Notes: a model not told the origin generated them from the sequence alone. A DNA stretch of 64,000 nt from a virus (IMGVR_UViG_3300044765_000092:30679-94678); one strand, 5' to 3'. Shown: positions 28,973 to 39,387, counted from the stretch's first letter. Program-made: numbers and translations.

Positions 28973-30670
28973 ATGAAGACACTCACGACCGCTGCACCGA
29001 ATCAGAAGCAGTTTGACGACCTCATTCGCCTCATGTACGCGGCCGTGATCTCTGTGTCAGATGGTCAGGCGGCAACAGGCGAGCTCAAGGCACAAACCAT
29101 CGCGTGGTCAGCCAATGCCGCAAAGTTCGAGAAGCAGTACGATCTACCAGAACTCACCAATTCGTTGCGCGAAGTGGTAGCCGATCCGGCAGCTCTCGAC
29201 GATGTGATCGACACGTTTCGGTCTTCCCGTCAGATTCTAAAGCAAATGCAGCTGGACCGTGAGTTCAGCCACGAGGATATTGACATCCTCAAGGCATCGT
29301 TTGCCTATCTGCTTACCAAGAGCGATCGTGCATTGCAGGCCCTGGTGAAGATGGCACCACGGCTACACACACCTCTGTTGTCTGCGCAGCTCAAGTTCGA
29401 TGCGGGCTCCCAAAACACATACAACAAGCCACTGCAGAAGATCGTATGGGCTGTGGCAAAGCGTAAGAACTCCAACAAGCTGACTAAGGACGAAGCAGAA
29501 GCGCTCAGGGAAAAGAACCCGGAGGTATACAAGGAGTACCTCCGTCTGCGTCGTGGAGTCAACGACGTGTGGAAGACCGAGCTGCGTAACTTTGTCTTCG
29601 ACTCGGGCAAACCCATAGTCGACTATCAGGCGGCGCTCAAGTTCCTGCAGAGCCAGGGTCTCGAACACACGCTGCCACCTCAGTATCGCGGCAAGATCGA
29701 CGCTAACGGTGCTCTCTACACGACGACGGGCAAACCCTTGGCCGGCGGTCTACCGAGTCCTGGGTTTACCATCAAAATGAACCCGGATTACGATCCGAAG
29801 ACCGATGATGGCGCTGTGTTCATGACCATCAACGACGAAACGGATGCAGTCAGCAAATATGTCTATACGCAAGACTTCGTCAAGCGTGCGACCAAGAGCA
29901 AACTTGAGAAGGTCAAGAAGCTAGACACAATGATCGACAACGTCCGCAAGAAGTGGATGATGTATGTCAAGCAGGGTGGCAAGTCGCCTCAGGCGGTGTG
30001 TTCGACGGTCCTTGAACTGCTCTACTTGTTCGGTGCTCGAATCGGTGATAAGGGTAACACAGCCAAGGGTAAGACCACGTATGGGCTATCGACCATTCTG
30101 GTCAAGCATGTCAAGGTCTCGGGCGCCAACGTCGTCATCGGTTACAATGGCAAAGACGGTGTGCGTCAGGTTCATAAGCTGGATGGTAGCACACCAGAAG
30201 GCAAGATCCTGGTGAGGAACATCAAGATCCTATTGCACGGCAAACAGCCAAACGATCAGGTGTTCACTTTTGACTACGGCGATCGTACTGACATCCCAGC
30301 CAATCCGAAGATGATCAATGATTGGTTCCACAAGCTAGGTATCCCACAGGGAGTGACGGTTCACAAACTGCGCCACGTTCAGGGTAGCCGTTTGTTCCGC
30401 GAGCTGATGGACCAGAATGCTAAGACCTTGTTTGAGCGTAAGGTCCCGCTGACCCAGACGCAGGGCAACCAAGCATTTGTCAAGTTGGCTGAGAAAGTTG
30501 GTCAGCTGCTAGGTCACATAAAGACCGCAGGTGGTCAAGCTAAAGTCACAGGGATGACCGCTCTTAAAAGCTACATTGACCCAGAGGCCCAGCTCGAGTT
30601 CTGGTCGCGGGCTAATCTACGACCGCCCAAGTACCTCGAAAAGATGGGCAAGAACCAGGGACTGCTGTGA
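28973..30670 (+). CDS. DNA topoisomerase IB with N-terminal extension
   Basis: Catalytic pentad: GARIG (R), YGLST, GKDG (K), HKLR (R), LGH (H), KSYID (Y). Confidence 0.85.
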   Translation: MKTLTTAAPNQKQFDDLIRLMYAAVISVSDGQAATGELKAQTIAWSANAAKFEKQYDLPELTNSLREVVADPAALDDVIDTFRSSRQILKQMQLDREFSHEDIDILKASFAYLLTKSDRALQALVKMAPRLHTPLLSAQLKFDAGSQNTYNKPLQKIVWAVAKRKNSNKLTKDEAEALREKNPEVYKEYLRLRRGVNDVWKTELRNFVFDSGKPIVDYQAALKFLQSQGLEHTLPPQYRGKIDANGALYTTTGKPLAGGLPSPGFTIKMNPDYDPKTDDGAVFMTINDETDAVSKYVYTQDFVKRATKSKLEKVKKLDTMIDNVRKKWMMYVKQGGKSPQAVCSTVLELLYLFGARIGDKGNTAKGKTTYGLSTILVKHVKVSGANVVIGYNGKDGVRQVHKLDGSTPEGKILVRNIKILLHGKQPNDQVFTFDYGDRTDIPANPKMINDWFHKLGIPQGVTVHKLRHVQGSRLFRELMDQNAKTLFERKVPLTQTQGNQAFVKLAEKVGQLLGHIKTAGGQAKVTGMTALKSYIDPEAQLEFWSRANLRPPKYLEKMGKNQGLL

Positions 30671-31083
30671 TGCAACAGATCATTGTACTGAGTGCAGGAA
30701 CCAAGGCCAGTCCTTGGTTCAAGTGTGAGGTAATAGCGCCGATAGGCCCGTTTGAAGCGGGCGACAAAGTGTACGTGAAGAAGAACACTGAGTATCCGCT
30801 ACGCGGGGCTGGTGAAACCTACTGGATCTTCGGATACAACACGGGTCGCGTTGCTCACGTCGGTCGTGATGTAGGTGCCTCGTTCATCCGCAGTGCCCTC
30901 AAGCGTGGCGGTAACGCCGCGATCGCCACACCAGCACAGGCAGAGGCACTGACCCAACGATTCGCACCAATCGTTCAGCAGCTGATCAAGAAGTGGCAAA
31001 CCGACCGCAAGAAGTTTCCGATACAGCCACGCATCCGCGAGATCAAGATTGAAGAACCACAACGCGATTGGTCGCACAAGTAA
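30667..31083 (+). CDS. hypothetical protein with leader MQQIIVLSA
   Basis: GTGA overlap; ends at terminator. Confidence 0.6.
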   Translation: MMQQIIVLSAGTKASPWFKCEVIAPIGPFEAGDKVYVKKNTEYPLRGAGETYWIFGYNTGRVAHVGRDVGASFIRSALKRGGNAAIATPAQAEALTQRFAPIVQQLIKKWQTDRKKFPIQPRIREIKIEEPQRDWSHK

Positions 31084-31110
31084 AAACGGGACCCCTAGGG
31101 GTCCCGTTTT
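31083..31110. terminator. bidirectional intrinsic terminator
   Basis: Perfect 28-bp palindrome AAAACGGGACCCCTAGGGGTCCCGTTTT between convergent gene blocks. Confidence 0.85.
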
Positions 31111-31129
31111 CATTGGCGCGGTCAGATGA

Positions 31130-31984
31130 TCACTTCACTTGTGCATACGTTGTAGACAGCCACTCACGCACTTCAGCTTGAGTTGGATAACGCCCATTCA
31201 GAACAGACGGTGCGCTGTCGATGTACTGAGCAAGGAAGTAGTTGTCTTCCTGCGGATCTTCACCTGCTTCAAACGCCCACATCTTCTTGTAGCGCCGCGG
31301 CTTTTCCGAGTAGCCGTTCTCGACACGAAAGGCATTGAGTGTTGCCTTGCCCATGTATCTGGCATACAGGTGATCGAACGACACACCCATCGAGTCAGCA
31401 AGACACAACACTTCGTAGACTGAACCTTGACCAGAAGCCACTGCGATCATGGTATACCGCAGTTGTTCACGAACAGATCGCTGGTCTTCGTTAGACCGAT
31501 CTTCGTGGGTTAGGACAATGTCCTCGGCCACGGAATCCATCATACATTCCGTGGTTTCTTCGGAGAGCTCTCCAATAGGCTCATCGCCGATGCTACTTTC
31601 CACCACATCGGTGTACGACAGAACCATGCCGACGCGGCTCGGAGGAAGATCCATCTCGTTCGAAACCCACAGCACCATTTCCTGACTCAGAACAAAGTGC
31701 AGTGTGTCCACCAGCTCGGTAATGCAATTACTGCGATCGGTTTCCTTAGCGGTCCACCATTCGTAGCCCAGGCTGCCCATGAATTCGCCGAGTTCACCAA
31801 GAGCAGCCGCCGTGTAGTCGATTGGCTTTTTGCCATCGATCAACTCATCGCTGAGGATCTCTCCGGCCACGCCTCGAAGGATCCATTCGTTTGAGTACGA
31901 ACCCTTGTTCAACGCAGCCTGCACACGTAGCAGGTCAGCAACTCGTTCTTTCGTCAGATTTTGGATCATGTTGGTTTGGTTCAA
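31130..31984 (-). CDS. dimeric (all-alpha) dUTPase
   Basis: ELGEF...YEWW, ELVDTLHFVLS, YMGKATLNAFRVENGY, KMW...EDN. Confidence 0.85.
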   Translation of the reverse strand: MNQTNMIQNLTKERVADLLRVQAALNKGSYSNEWILRGVAGEILSDELIDGKKPIDYTAAALGELGEFMGSLGYEWWTAKETDRSNCITELVDTLHFVLSQEMVLWVSNEMDLPPSRVGMVLSYTDVVESSIGDEPIGELSEETTECMMDSVAEDIVLTHEDRSNEDQRSVREQLRYTMIAVASGQGSVYEVLCLADSMGVSFDHLYARYMGKATLNAFRVENGYSEKPRRYKKMWAFEAGEDPQEDNYFLAQYIDSAPSVLNGRYPTQAEVREWLSTTYAQVK

Positions 31985-32583
31985 TCGTTGATGAAAATGC
32001 GCTTTCTAGCGCGTATTGTTCGACGGGAGAAATCCCCGGCCCGCCACCCGAGTCTAGCTAGGATGGCAATGCGGTTAGCATCGGTCATCCGTGTGTTCTT
32101 CGACGGTCGCACGATTCGTGCGTAGCCAGTGCTGCGCTGTACTATGATGATCCCAACTTGTGGACCTAGTCGGTTCATCAACTCAGCCGTTTGTTTGATC
32201 TTCGACCACGTCTTCTCCGTAAAACAGAAATAGAAGCGGTCGCACAGGTTAAGATACGAATTCCACTTATCGTCGGTACGGAAGTCAGCCACACAGCTCT
32301 TCACTTCGACGATCACCACATCACCGTTTATACGGTTGCCTATCAGATCGGCTCGCCTATTACCCCAGGTCAATACTCCGAGCTCTTCTGTGCAGCTATA
32401 CCCACCCTTTACAAACAGATGAGTGGCAGCCTCTTTGAGAGCAGCCGCCACTTCCTTGCGTGTAAACTTTGGACCTGACAACGCTTGTTCGGATCGCGCA
32501 GCGATCTTAGCTCGTTGTTCTGCCTCGCGTTTCAGTCTGGTGGCCGAACTACGTGCCTTTGGTCTACGTTTACGGCGTGACAT
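31981..32583 (-). CDS. MmcB-family DNA repair endonuclease
   Basis: RRADLI...IVEVKSCVADFRTDDKWNSYLNLCDRFYF. Confidence 0.8.
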   Translation of the reverse strand: MSRRKRRPKARSSATRLKREAEQRAKIAARSEQALSGPKFTRKEVAAALKEAATHLFVKGGYSCTEELGVLTWGNRRADLIGNRINGDVVIVEVKSCVADFRTDDKWNSYLNLCDRFYFCFTEKTWSKIKQTAELMNRLGPQVGIIIVQRSTGYARIVRPSKNTRMTDANRIAILARLGWRAGDFSRRTIRARKRIFIND

Positions 32584-32950
32584 TCCACCCAGACTCGAGA
32601 CCCTGAACGATCACACCGTTTGTGTACTGCAGATAGTTGCCTGGGGCGCCAGACGCCGAGCTCCATTGGACACCAGGAATTGCTTGGTTCACGTCCATGT
32701 ACTCGGCTTGCCCCTTGTAGTCGCCAGACACCGCTTGAGCGTGGCTCAGCAAGCACGCCATCATCGCCGGATTCTGCTTGCCTGTGATAATCTTGTCGGG
32801 CGTCCACAGCTGAACTGGCACAGTGCCGGCTGTCAGCGTGATGGCCGTTTCAGAACCGTTGAACGTGGTCTCGACCGCCAGCGTGTAGTAGCCGAGAACC
32901 TTTTTCGTTTCCACCTCGATGATGGGAACGAACTTTTGCTTGTACGACAT
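32570..32950 (-). CDS. hypothetical, probable virion protein
   Basis: GGAG RBS; preceded by TAATTTGA motif. Confidence 0.6.
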   Translation of the reverse strand: MSYKQKFVPIIEVETKKVLGYYTLAVETTFNGSETAITLTAGTVPVQLWTPDKIITGKQNPAMMACLLSHAQAVSGDYKGQAEYMDVNQAIPGVQWSSASGAPGNYLQYTNGVIVQGLESGWNVTP

Positions 32951-32983
32951 TTGGGTCTCCGTATTTGACCACCAAAGATGGTA

Positions 32984-32991
32984 TCAAATTA
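32984..32991 (-). promoter_or_regulatory. TAATTTGA late-promoter-like motif
   Basis: In a 60-nt intergenic gap. Confidence 0.5.
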
Positions 32992-33010
32992 ACCGGAGAT
33001 GCACCTGATG

Positions 33011-33307
33011 TCACTTAGGAGCGCCATACTTGTCAAACAAGCGCTTCAGCTCAGCACGTTCTTTTGCCTCGATGCTAGCCGACTTTTCTACATGCTCGTA
33101 GTACGGGATCCACGTTGACGGAATCTTTCCTTGGCGTCCTGCGTTCCACGCCCTGACCTGATTTTCGAGATCAGTTGCACCACCGTCTCCAAACGACCCG
33201 TTGTGGGCTGCTGTCTCTCGACGATTGGCTGCTTCCTGCAACACCATGTTGGCTGTTGCTTCGAGCAAGGCAGGATCAAAAAACATTCTCGTCTTGTTCA
33301 TGTTCAT
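33011..33307 (-). CDS. hypothetical protein
   Basis: GGAGG RBS. Confidence 0.6.
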   Translation of the reverse strand: MNMNKTRMFFDPALLEATANMVLQEAANRRETAAHNGSFGDGGATDLENQVRAWNAGRQGKIPSTWIPYYEHVEKSASIEAKERAELKRLFDKYGAPK

Positions 33308-33750
33308 CCCTCCAAGAATCTGTGCTCTGGGTGTTGCAGATAGCACATTGCCATTGGCACCAGATACGACAGGTTGTACATCGTACTAGAAAACGCCATC
33401 CGGGACGGATCGTAGATCTCCAACTGTTCGTCTGTCGTCGATCGCGCTGCATCAAACAGAAAGCCTTGCAGTTTGGCCGCAAAGAAGTATAGACACGTAC
33501 CACTCGGATGGCGTTCGTAATGGAACTGGTACCAGTGATCTGCGATGGTCATCGCTCCGGTTTCTTCGAAGAACTCCCGGATCATGCAACCGATTGGTGA
33601 CTCGCCCAATTCGATCTTGCCACCAATACCATTGAGCCTACCCTTTTGGCTCTCGGGTCTGTTCTTGCGAATGAGAATCACTCGACTCAGATTCTGGTTG
33701 AACGCAAACCCAACGGTGTAGCGCTTGAGATTGGTTAGATCAATGTTCAT
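33304..33750 (-). CDS. Nudix hydrolase
   Basis: GGKIELGESPIGCMIREFFEETG Nudix box. Confidence 0.9.
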   Translation of the reverse strand: MNIDLTNLKRYTVGFAFNQNLSRVILIRKNRPESQKGRLNGIGGKIELGESPIGCMIREFFEETGAMTIADHWYQFHYERHPSGTCLYFFAAKLQGFLFDAARSTTDEQLEIYDPSRMAFSSTMYNLSYLVPMAMCYLQHPEHRFLEG

Positions 33751-34121
33751 TTGACTTTCCTTCGTGCCACCAAGTTGTCGAGTGCTGTTTCAAGTTCACG
33801 TTTCGTTTGCTCTAACTCACTGCTGACGAGTGTATGATTACCTGTCTTCTCGTCGGCCTTCCGTATGGCTTTCTCTTTAGCCACAATCTTGGTGCGTAGT
33901 TCGATAATCCAGCCAACTAGCAGGAGATCTGGTGCGCCAAGCGGCTTGGCCGCAAAGTCAAGTTCTACATATTCAGCACAACACGCGACAGGCACCTTTA
34001 CTTTGAAGGACCCGCAGCGATCAGTTGCCGTTCCGTGATAGTGGCCATCGCGTTCGACTACGTCATGCAGCACGGATCCAACCGCTAACGTCTCAAAGTC
34101 TTGTATGAGCTTAACCTTCAT
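33747..34121 (-). CDS. hypothetical protein
   Basis: GGAG RBS; in-operon. Confidence 0.55.
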   Translation of the reverse strand: MKVKLIQDFETLAVGSVLHDVVERDGHYHGTATDRCGSFKVKVPVACCAEYVELDFAAKPLGAPDLLLVGWIIELRTKIVAKEKAIRKADEKTGNHTLVSSELEQTKRELETALDNLVARRKVK

Positions 34122-34623
34122 TGGATATCAACTCCCGCAGACTCGCAGTTAACCATTTCGGAGGTCCTCGTCGGCCCCAAGACCATAAGTGGGATTTGCT
34201 GTACAGATAGTAGAGTCTATATGATTCGACAGCATCCGGTCGTCTGTAGGGACCGGGCATCGCCTGCGCAAACGGTGTCAACCCAAGATCTGGCAAATCA
34301 GGCACAGGTAATCTGCGCATGATCGCCACCGACTTGTGCTCGTTGTTATGTGACCAGCGGAACCTTCGTTCAGCATCCAGCGCAAACGTCAGATCACGCA
34401 GATAACGCCAGTTTGCAACCGACTCGCGTACCCACTTGGCACACGGGTGATTGACATGAGTTGATCGGTAGATATCTTGTGGGTTGTCGCGTCTACGATT
34501 TGGATGCAGGTGGCACGCCGTGCTCAGCAACTGAACGTGCTCGAGAATCATCTTGACGCAGTGGGCGTTGCAATGATACTCAGCACACAGGTCAATGTCG
34601 AGGTCGAGCACAAAGATGTTCAT
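34111..34623 (-). CDS. pyrimidine-dimer DNA glycosylase-like protein
   Basis: MNIFVLD, KMILEHVQLLST, THVNHPCAKW, TPFAQAMP, YRLYY. Confidence 0.75.
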   Translation of the reverse strand: MNIFVLDLDIDLCAEYHCNAHCVKMILEHVQLLSTACHLHPNRRRDNPQDIYRSTHVNHPCAKWVRESVANWRYLRDLTFALDAERRFRWSHNNEHKSVAIMRRLPVPDLPDLGLTPFAQAMPGPYRRPDAVESYRLYYLYSKSHLWSWGRRGPPKWLTASLRELISNEG

Positions 34624-35060
34624 GCAAGGCGTGTACCGGAGTAGTCACACTTGTGACAGACGATCCTCTTCTTTGGCGGGTTCGACAGCAGAGTGATTCC
34701 CTGTACGTCGTTCAGCTCCGCACCACACGAAGGGCACGCAATCCCATTTCCTACAAATCCAGTTTCGGCCATCCTACGCTGTTCGGCCGCCTCGTAGGCT
34801 GCTCTCCGTTCAGCATCGGCTTGCTCTAGCGTCTTGAGCACCTTGGGCTTGACTTCCAGCTCGACCCCGACATCGTTATTGATATCCGTATGGGTAAACG
34901 GTGCGTGTGTCACCCGTAGAGCAGAACTGGCACCAATCTTGACATACTTCTCCAGACTGTAGAACATATTGCTTTCTTGGTGAGACAACATGCAATCACG
35001 TGAGAAGAACTCCGCCCCAATGGGCAGACTGCCAAAAGTCACAGTAGTGAACTGCTTCAT
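34620..35060 (-). CDS. hypothetical protein with C-terminal zinc ribbon
   Basis: CPSCG...CHKC. Confidence 0.6.
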   Translation of the reverse strand: MKQFTTVTFGSLPIGAEFFSRDCMLSHQESNMFYSLEKYVKIGASSALRVTHAPFTHTDINNDVGVELEVKPKVLKTLEQADAERRAAYEAAEQRRMAETGFVGNGIACPSCGAELNDVQGITLLSNPPKKRIVCHKCDYSGTRLA

Positions 35061-35761
35061 TTAGTTGCTTTCATTACGAATCGTATGTCGAAGGGTGTGA
35101 CCCCATGCGTACGAGCTACTACATCGATCTTGGCTTCGCCCTTGGCTTGTATGATATTTACAGCCAGCTTAAGACGCTTGACCTCACGAGTTGTCATTAG
35201 CACGCAAATCTCCTCACCGCGAGGACCCAGTCGTTGTAGCTTAGATCTAACTCGTTCAGCACTCATTTCAGAGCGTAGCCACTTATAGACTAGACGCCCG
35301 ACTTCTATTTCCGGGTCTACGCGTTTAGCCTTGTGGATCGCTGTCTGTAGCTGTGACATGCAGCTCTGCTTGAACTTGGACAGGACCTCGGCTACCGGAC
35401 TGTATGCTTGCCTGCATATCAACTTCTCATCCCGATGGGTTTGAGCTTTTCGAACCAAGACTCTCAGTGTTTGCAACGTCAGATTGGTATTTGGCACCAG
35501 CTCCAGACCAAGCTCTCGCTGCAGCACCGTCTCTTGATCAACGACCAAGGCTAGGACTCTGCTCTTGAACCGTTTCTGTGTAGTACACAGTAGAGTACCC
35601 GATGCAAAGACGACTGGAGTGACAGCCAACACCTGCTGGTCGGCGTTCTGTTTCACAAGCCCCTGGCGATTGACAATACCGTAGGCGCAGCCTAATTGGC
35701 TTAATAGGTGAGAGAGTTCCAGCACCGACAACCAGGGTATGCCGTATGCTTCTACAATCAT
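35057..35761 (-). CDS. hypothetical protein
   Basis: ATGA overlaps at both ends. Confidence 0.6.
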   Translation of the reverse strand: MIVEAYGIPWLSVLELSHLLSQLGCAYGIVNRQGLVKQNADQQVLAVTPVVFASGTLLCTTQKRFKSRVLALVVDQETVLQRELGLELVPNTNLTLQTLRVLVRKAQTHRDEKLICRQAYSPVAEVLSKFKQSCMSQLQTAIHKAKRVDPEIEVGRLVYKWLRSEMSAERVRSKLQRLGPRGEEICVLMTTREVKRLKLAVNIIQAKGEAKIDVVARTHGVTPFDIRFVMKATK

Positions 35762-37974
35762 TTCGGTCTACCTTCGATTAGTGTGGCCTTTCCTCCACGT
35801 TTCACCACTGTGACTATTCGAGCCCCTGGAACCTCCAGGTCTGGGCGTGGTGTTAGGATTACGATCTTTGGGAACAGCTTGTTGAGCACTGGCAACGCCT
35901 TGATGAACGCGTCGAGTGCCGCTGGACCCAAGTTCGACTCGGGCTCGTCCAAGATCAGGGTATCTATCCGCTTGGTATTCGGCTTGAGTACCACATCGGC
36001 GATGACCAGCAGCAGAGTAAACATGCGTTTTTCGGCACCTGATAGTCGCTTGACGTCTGAAGTTAGTCCCATCTTACGATGGACCAGTATGTCTAGCCTC
36101 TTGTTGTATCTGAATTCAAACGTGTACGGTTCAGCGAAGAACAGACGCCTGAACTTGTTGACTTGTTCTTCCAACAATGCTGCGTACCTCTTGATCATGT
36201 ACTGACGAAGACCTGTTTTGGAATACACGTCGGCAAATGCCTTGAGGATAGGTAGGTCCTCGCATTGGGCACTCAGAGTCTTGACCCGCTGCTTTAGGTT
36301 CTTTATCTGTGACCGTGCTTCGCGCTGGTGGACCAACTTTGATTCTACCTGGGCCAGCTCGCTGCTAATGGCTGTCAGCTTTGGCGCCAAGTCTCTGAAC
36401 TCCTGTGCCTGAGCTTTTTGTTCTTTGGAGAGGGCCAGCACTTCGCGTATCCTGTTGACCAGTGGTTCGCACTGGCGGAAGCGCTCGATCGACGACCTTA
36501 GTTTGTCGCGCTGTTCGTTGAGTTCTTCTTCTGTATGCTTTGGTTGTTCACCCTCAGGCGCATCAGGCTTACTAGGTATTTGTGCCTTTAGCAAAGATGC
36601 CGCTTCTAGATCTTTGATCCGACCTTGTTCGTCCACATCACCTAACGCCGCTAGATCCGAAGACAGTGCGTCGTACAGAGCCTGCCATTCTTCACGCTGT
36701 CTGATGACAGTGTCCGCCCGCTCGGCTTCGATCGCCTTGTCGTGCAGGGTGCGCCACTTTGTTAGTTCCTGCTCGATATCCTCGGGTGGTCTATGCTTGG
36801 CCGGCGCCCCACACGTAGGGCATTTGCCAGTCTTGAACTGCTTGGCGTGGGCTCGTTCTTCAAGCAGCTTCTCGATTTGCACCGAACACTTAACCTTGGA
36901 GTATTTGACCTCTATTGGCTTGACCTTCTCCACAGTCGATAGTTGTGCCGTCAGTTCATCGAGCTTGGCACCAAGCTCTTCATACTTGCGTTTTGTCGCT
37001 TTGGCTGCCGCCAAATGGCGATCCACATGCTTGTAGTCGAGCTGACGCTCGGCACAAAAATCCTTGAACCTCCGTGCCGCTTTCTTCCACACTCGGAGCT
37101 CGGTGGCGTGCTCGCGCCACTCACCAAGCGACGCCAGTTCTGTGTTTACTGACTTGAGAACTTGCCGTTCTTTCCTGTACTGGTCATCGAACTCAAGACC
37201 AAAGGCGGCTACGTGTTTGACATACCACTTGATGAGGTCACTCTGCGCTTCAGCAAACACCAGTAGCTCAGAGATGCGTTGAGACTCCTGAACCTGGGAC
37301 GCCAACTTCTTCTGCTTGGCTTTTAGCTTTGCTGCCCGCTCTTCGAGCTCAGCGTATTCAGTGTCTGACACCACATCGGCGCTTGCCGCATCGTATTGCG
37401 CTTTGACCTCAGCTAACACGGCTGCCGTTCGCTGCATTTCAGCGATCTCGGCCAAAAGCAGCTTACGCACGTGATTGATGTCGTCGAGATTGAACATCCC
37501 GACCAGGAAAGCTTCACGTTGGGCGGCAGTCCCCCGGATCAGCGGGTGTGGGATCGTGCTGTCGATGAAGAAGCGGGTGTAGAACTCCTGCTCGGTCATC
37601 CCGAACAGACGTTGCAGCTTCTCCTTCGAATATGCAATGGTGCGGATGTGCGAGTCACGGTCGTTGCGTTCTATCTTGTACGACTTGCGACTGCCCATCG
37701 TCTTGGACACACGATAGCGATTGCCGTCGTTGACCAATTGTATGCCCAGCACTGACTTGATCTTTGATTTGACCGAGTCTTTACCGCTTGGGCTCTCGTC
37801 CAGCACGATCTCTGGAATAGCGCTGATCAGCGCGCTTTTACCAGCCGCGTTTGTCGATCCAGACGCTGCGTCTTTGTTTAGGCCAAGGATCGTTGTGATC
37901 CCTGGCGTAAATCGAAAGTCGACCTTGTCGAAGACAACATACCGACGAAGGTGCAGGCTTTCTAGTTGTCTCAT
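35758..37974 (-). CDS. sbcC: SbcC/Rad50-like ATPase
   Basis: NAAGKS, coiled coils with CPTC zinc hook, LSGAE signature, LILDEP. Confidence 0.9.
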   Translation of the reverse strand: MRQLESLHLRRYVVFDKVDFRFTPGITTILGLNKDAASGSTNAAGKSALISAIPEIVLDESPSGKDSVKSKIKSVLGIQLVNDGNRYRVSKTMGSRKSYKIERNDRDSHIRTIAYSKEKLQRLFGMTEQEFYTRFFIDSTIPHPLIRGTAAQREAFLVGMFNLDDINHVRKLLLAEIAEMQRTAAVLAEVKAQYDAASADVVSDTEYAELEERAAKLKAKQKKLASQVQESQRISELLVFAEAQSDLIKWYVKHVAAFGLEFDDQYRKERQVLKSVNTELASLGEWREHATELRVWKKAARRFKDFCAERQLDYKHVDRHLAAAKATKRKYEELGAKLDELTAQLSTVEKVKPIEVKYSKVKCSVQIEKLLEERAHAKQFKTGKCPTCGAPAKHRPPEDIEQELTKWRTLHDKAIEAERADTVIRQREEWQALYDALSSDLAALGDVDEQGRIKDLEAASLLKAQIPSKPDAPEGEQPKHTEEELNEQRDKLRSSIERFRQCEPLVNRIREVLALSKEQKAQAQEFRDLAPKLTAISSELAQVESKLVHQREARSQIKNLKQRVKTLSAQCEDLPILKAFADVYSKTGLRQYMIKRYAALLEEQVNKFRRLFFAEPYTFEFRYNKRLDILVHRKMGLTSDVKRLSGAEKRMFTLLLVIADVVLKPNTKRIDTLILDEPESNLGPAALDAFIKALPVLNKLFPKIVILTPRPDLEVPGARIVTVVKRGGKATLIEGRPK

Positions 37975-38129
37975 AGGACACGTTCTTTTGTTCTACCGCA
38001 CTTTAGGCACTTTCGTACCTCGTACTCAGTGCTAAAGCTATAAGGCTTTAACCATTCGAGATGATGCCGTCGTTCCGTGGTTATATGGTCCTGGTGCCAG
38101 CACATCAGTTCACGAAGCCATTTGATCAT
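37971..38129 (-). CDS. small Cys/His protein
   Basis: MIKWLRELMCWH...CLKCG. Confidence 0.5.
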   Translation of the reverse strand: MIKWLRELMCWHQDHITTERRHHLEWLKPYSFSTEYEVRKCLKCGRTKERVL

Positions 38130-38326
38130 GTGTAGTGCTTTATGGCGATGAACACAAAGTCGATCAGGACGCTGAGACCAATGACCACGGCAATACCCAT
38201 GTCTTTGTGCTCCGGGGTCTTGATCTTGCCGGACCACAGCATGATGAACAGGACCACCATGCCAAAGATAGGCAACGCAGGAGCTGGCCAGTCTAGGAAC
38301 CAGACTGCGAAATCATGAGCGTTCAT
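38126..38326 (-). CDS. small two-TM membrane protein
   Basis: Two hydrophobic helices; ATGA overlaps. Confidence 0.6.
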   Translation of the reverse strand: MNAHDFAVWFLDWPAPALPIFGMVVLFIMLWSGKIKTPEHKDMGIAVVIGLSVLIDFVFIAIKHYT

Positions 38327-39387
38327 TTGACAAGCAACCCCAGAACGAACTGCTGAACAAGCGCAATGTCTGGCACGCCGGAAAACGCACCGATCTGTGC
38401 CTTGAGCTGGACTACCCGCTGATGAATCGCGCCGATCTTGTTCAGATCCTGCTTACCTACGGCCGATATCAGGTCTCGGTGTGACTGCGACCACCAGACA
38501 GCAGAGTGCTTCTCACCTTCGAGTACAGCAGTGTTTAGCAAGAACGAATTGAGGGTCAACAACTTGGTGGCAAACCCAAAGCCATTGCTGATGTCGAGCG
38601 CACAGCGAAGTGCGGCCTTGAGCTTGCCAGTATAGACGGCTACTAGCGTACGGACCGCCAATTTCTCGTCTGACATATCCGAGTCGGCAATCGCACCCTC
38701 AACATCATCGACCGTGACCTTCCCTCCATTGGTTGCCGCCATCTGGGCCAAACCTTCGAGGATTGTGGCTGCAGTCCGCATCTCGCCCATCGAGTTTTCG
38801 ACCACTTGAGCAGCAATCTGCTTGGTCAAGAACGTCATTTGTTCGCCCTTGGCCACGCGCTTGACATACTTGAGGATATTGTCTCGTGACGGCGTTGACA
38901 ACGCGAACACCGATGTCCGATTGCGCACCGCCCGATCGATCTTCTCCGGTTCCATCGTGCACAAGATCCACATAGTCTTGGGTGCAGGACGTTCCAATGG
39001 CTTGAGCAGCAATTGCTTGGACGGTCCGGTCAGTTGCTGCGCTTCGTCGATGATGAACACACGACGAGGAGCCATACGTGGTTGCAGTGCCGCCATCTTC
39101 AACAGGTCACGTAGATCGTCGATGCCCCGATTGTCTGCCGCATTGATGATGTGGCAATCCATGTGGCCCTCGATCGACTTGATCGGCTTTTCGCGCCCCT
39201 TGTTGAACAAGTCGGCTACCAGAGCCATTGCCAGCGTGGTCTTGCCCACGCTGGTTGGGCCTGTGAACATCAAGGTCGAGGGAATCTTGCCGGTCTGCAC
39301 AATACCCTTGAGTCGGGCTACCTGTTTTTCGTGGCCGATCACTCGGTCTAGGGTGCGGGGCTGGTACTTGATGTAGAGGTTGCTCAT
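38323..39387 (-). CDS. clamp loader ATPase (DnaX gamma/tau / RFC-like)
   Basis: LYIKYQPRTLDRVIGH, GPTSVGKTT, INAA...GIDDLR, IIDEAQQL, LLKPLERP, GEMR. Confidence 0.9.
   Translation of the reverse strand: MSNLYIKYQPRTLDRVIGHEKQVARLKGIVQTGKIPSTLMFTGPTSVGKTTLAMALVADLFNKGREKPIKSIEGHMDCHIINAADNRGIDDLRDLLKMAALQPRMAPRRVFIIDEAQQLTGPSKQLLLKPLERPAPKTMWILCTMEPEKIDRAVRNRTSVFALSTPSRDNILKYVKRVAKGEQMTFLTKQIAAQVVENSMGEMRTAATILEGLAQMAATNGGKVTVDDVEGAIADSDMSDEKLAVRTLVAVYTGKLKAALRCALDISNGFGFATKLLTLNSFLLNTAVLEGEKHSAVWWSQSHRDLISAVGKQDLNKIGAIHQRVVQLKAQIGAFSGVPDIALVQQFVLGLLVK

Noticed and set aside
31083-31110. 28-bp perfect palindrome near TopIB as a protelomerase or recombinase target
   Set aside because: A GC-rich stem with A/T tracts exactly between convergent operons is fully explained as a bidirectional terminator, and the enzyme has TopIB motifs.
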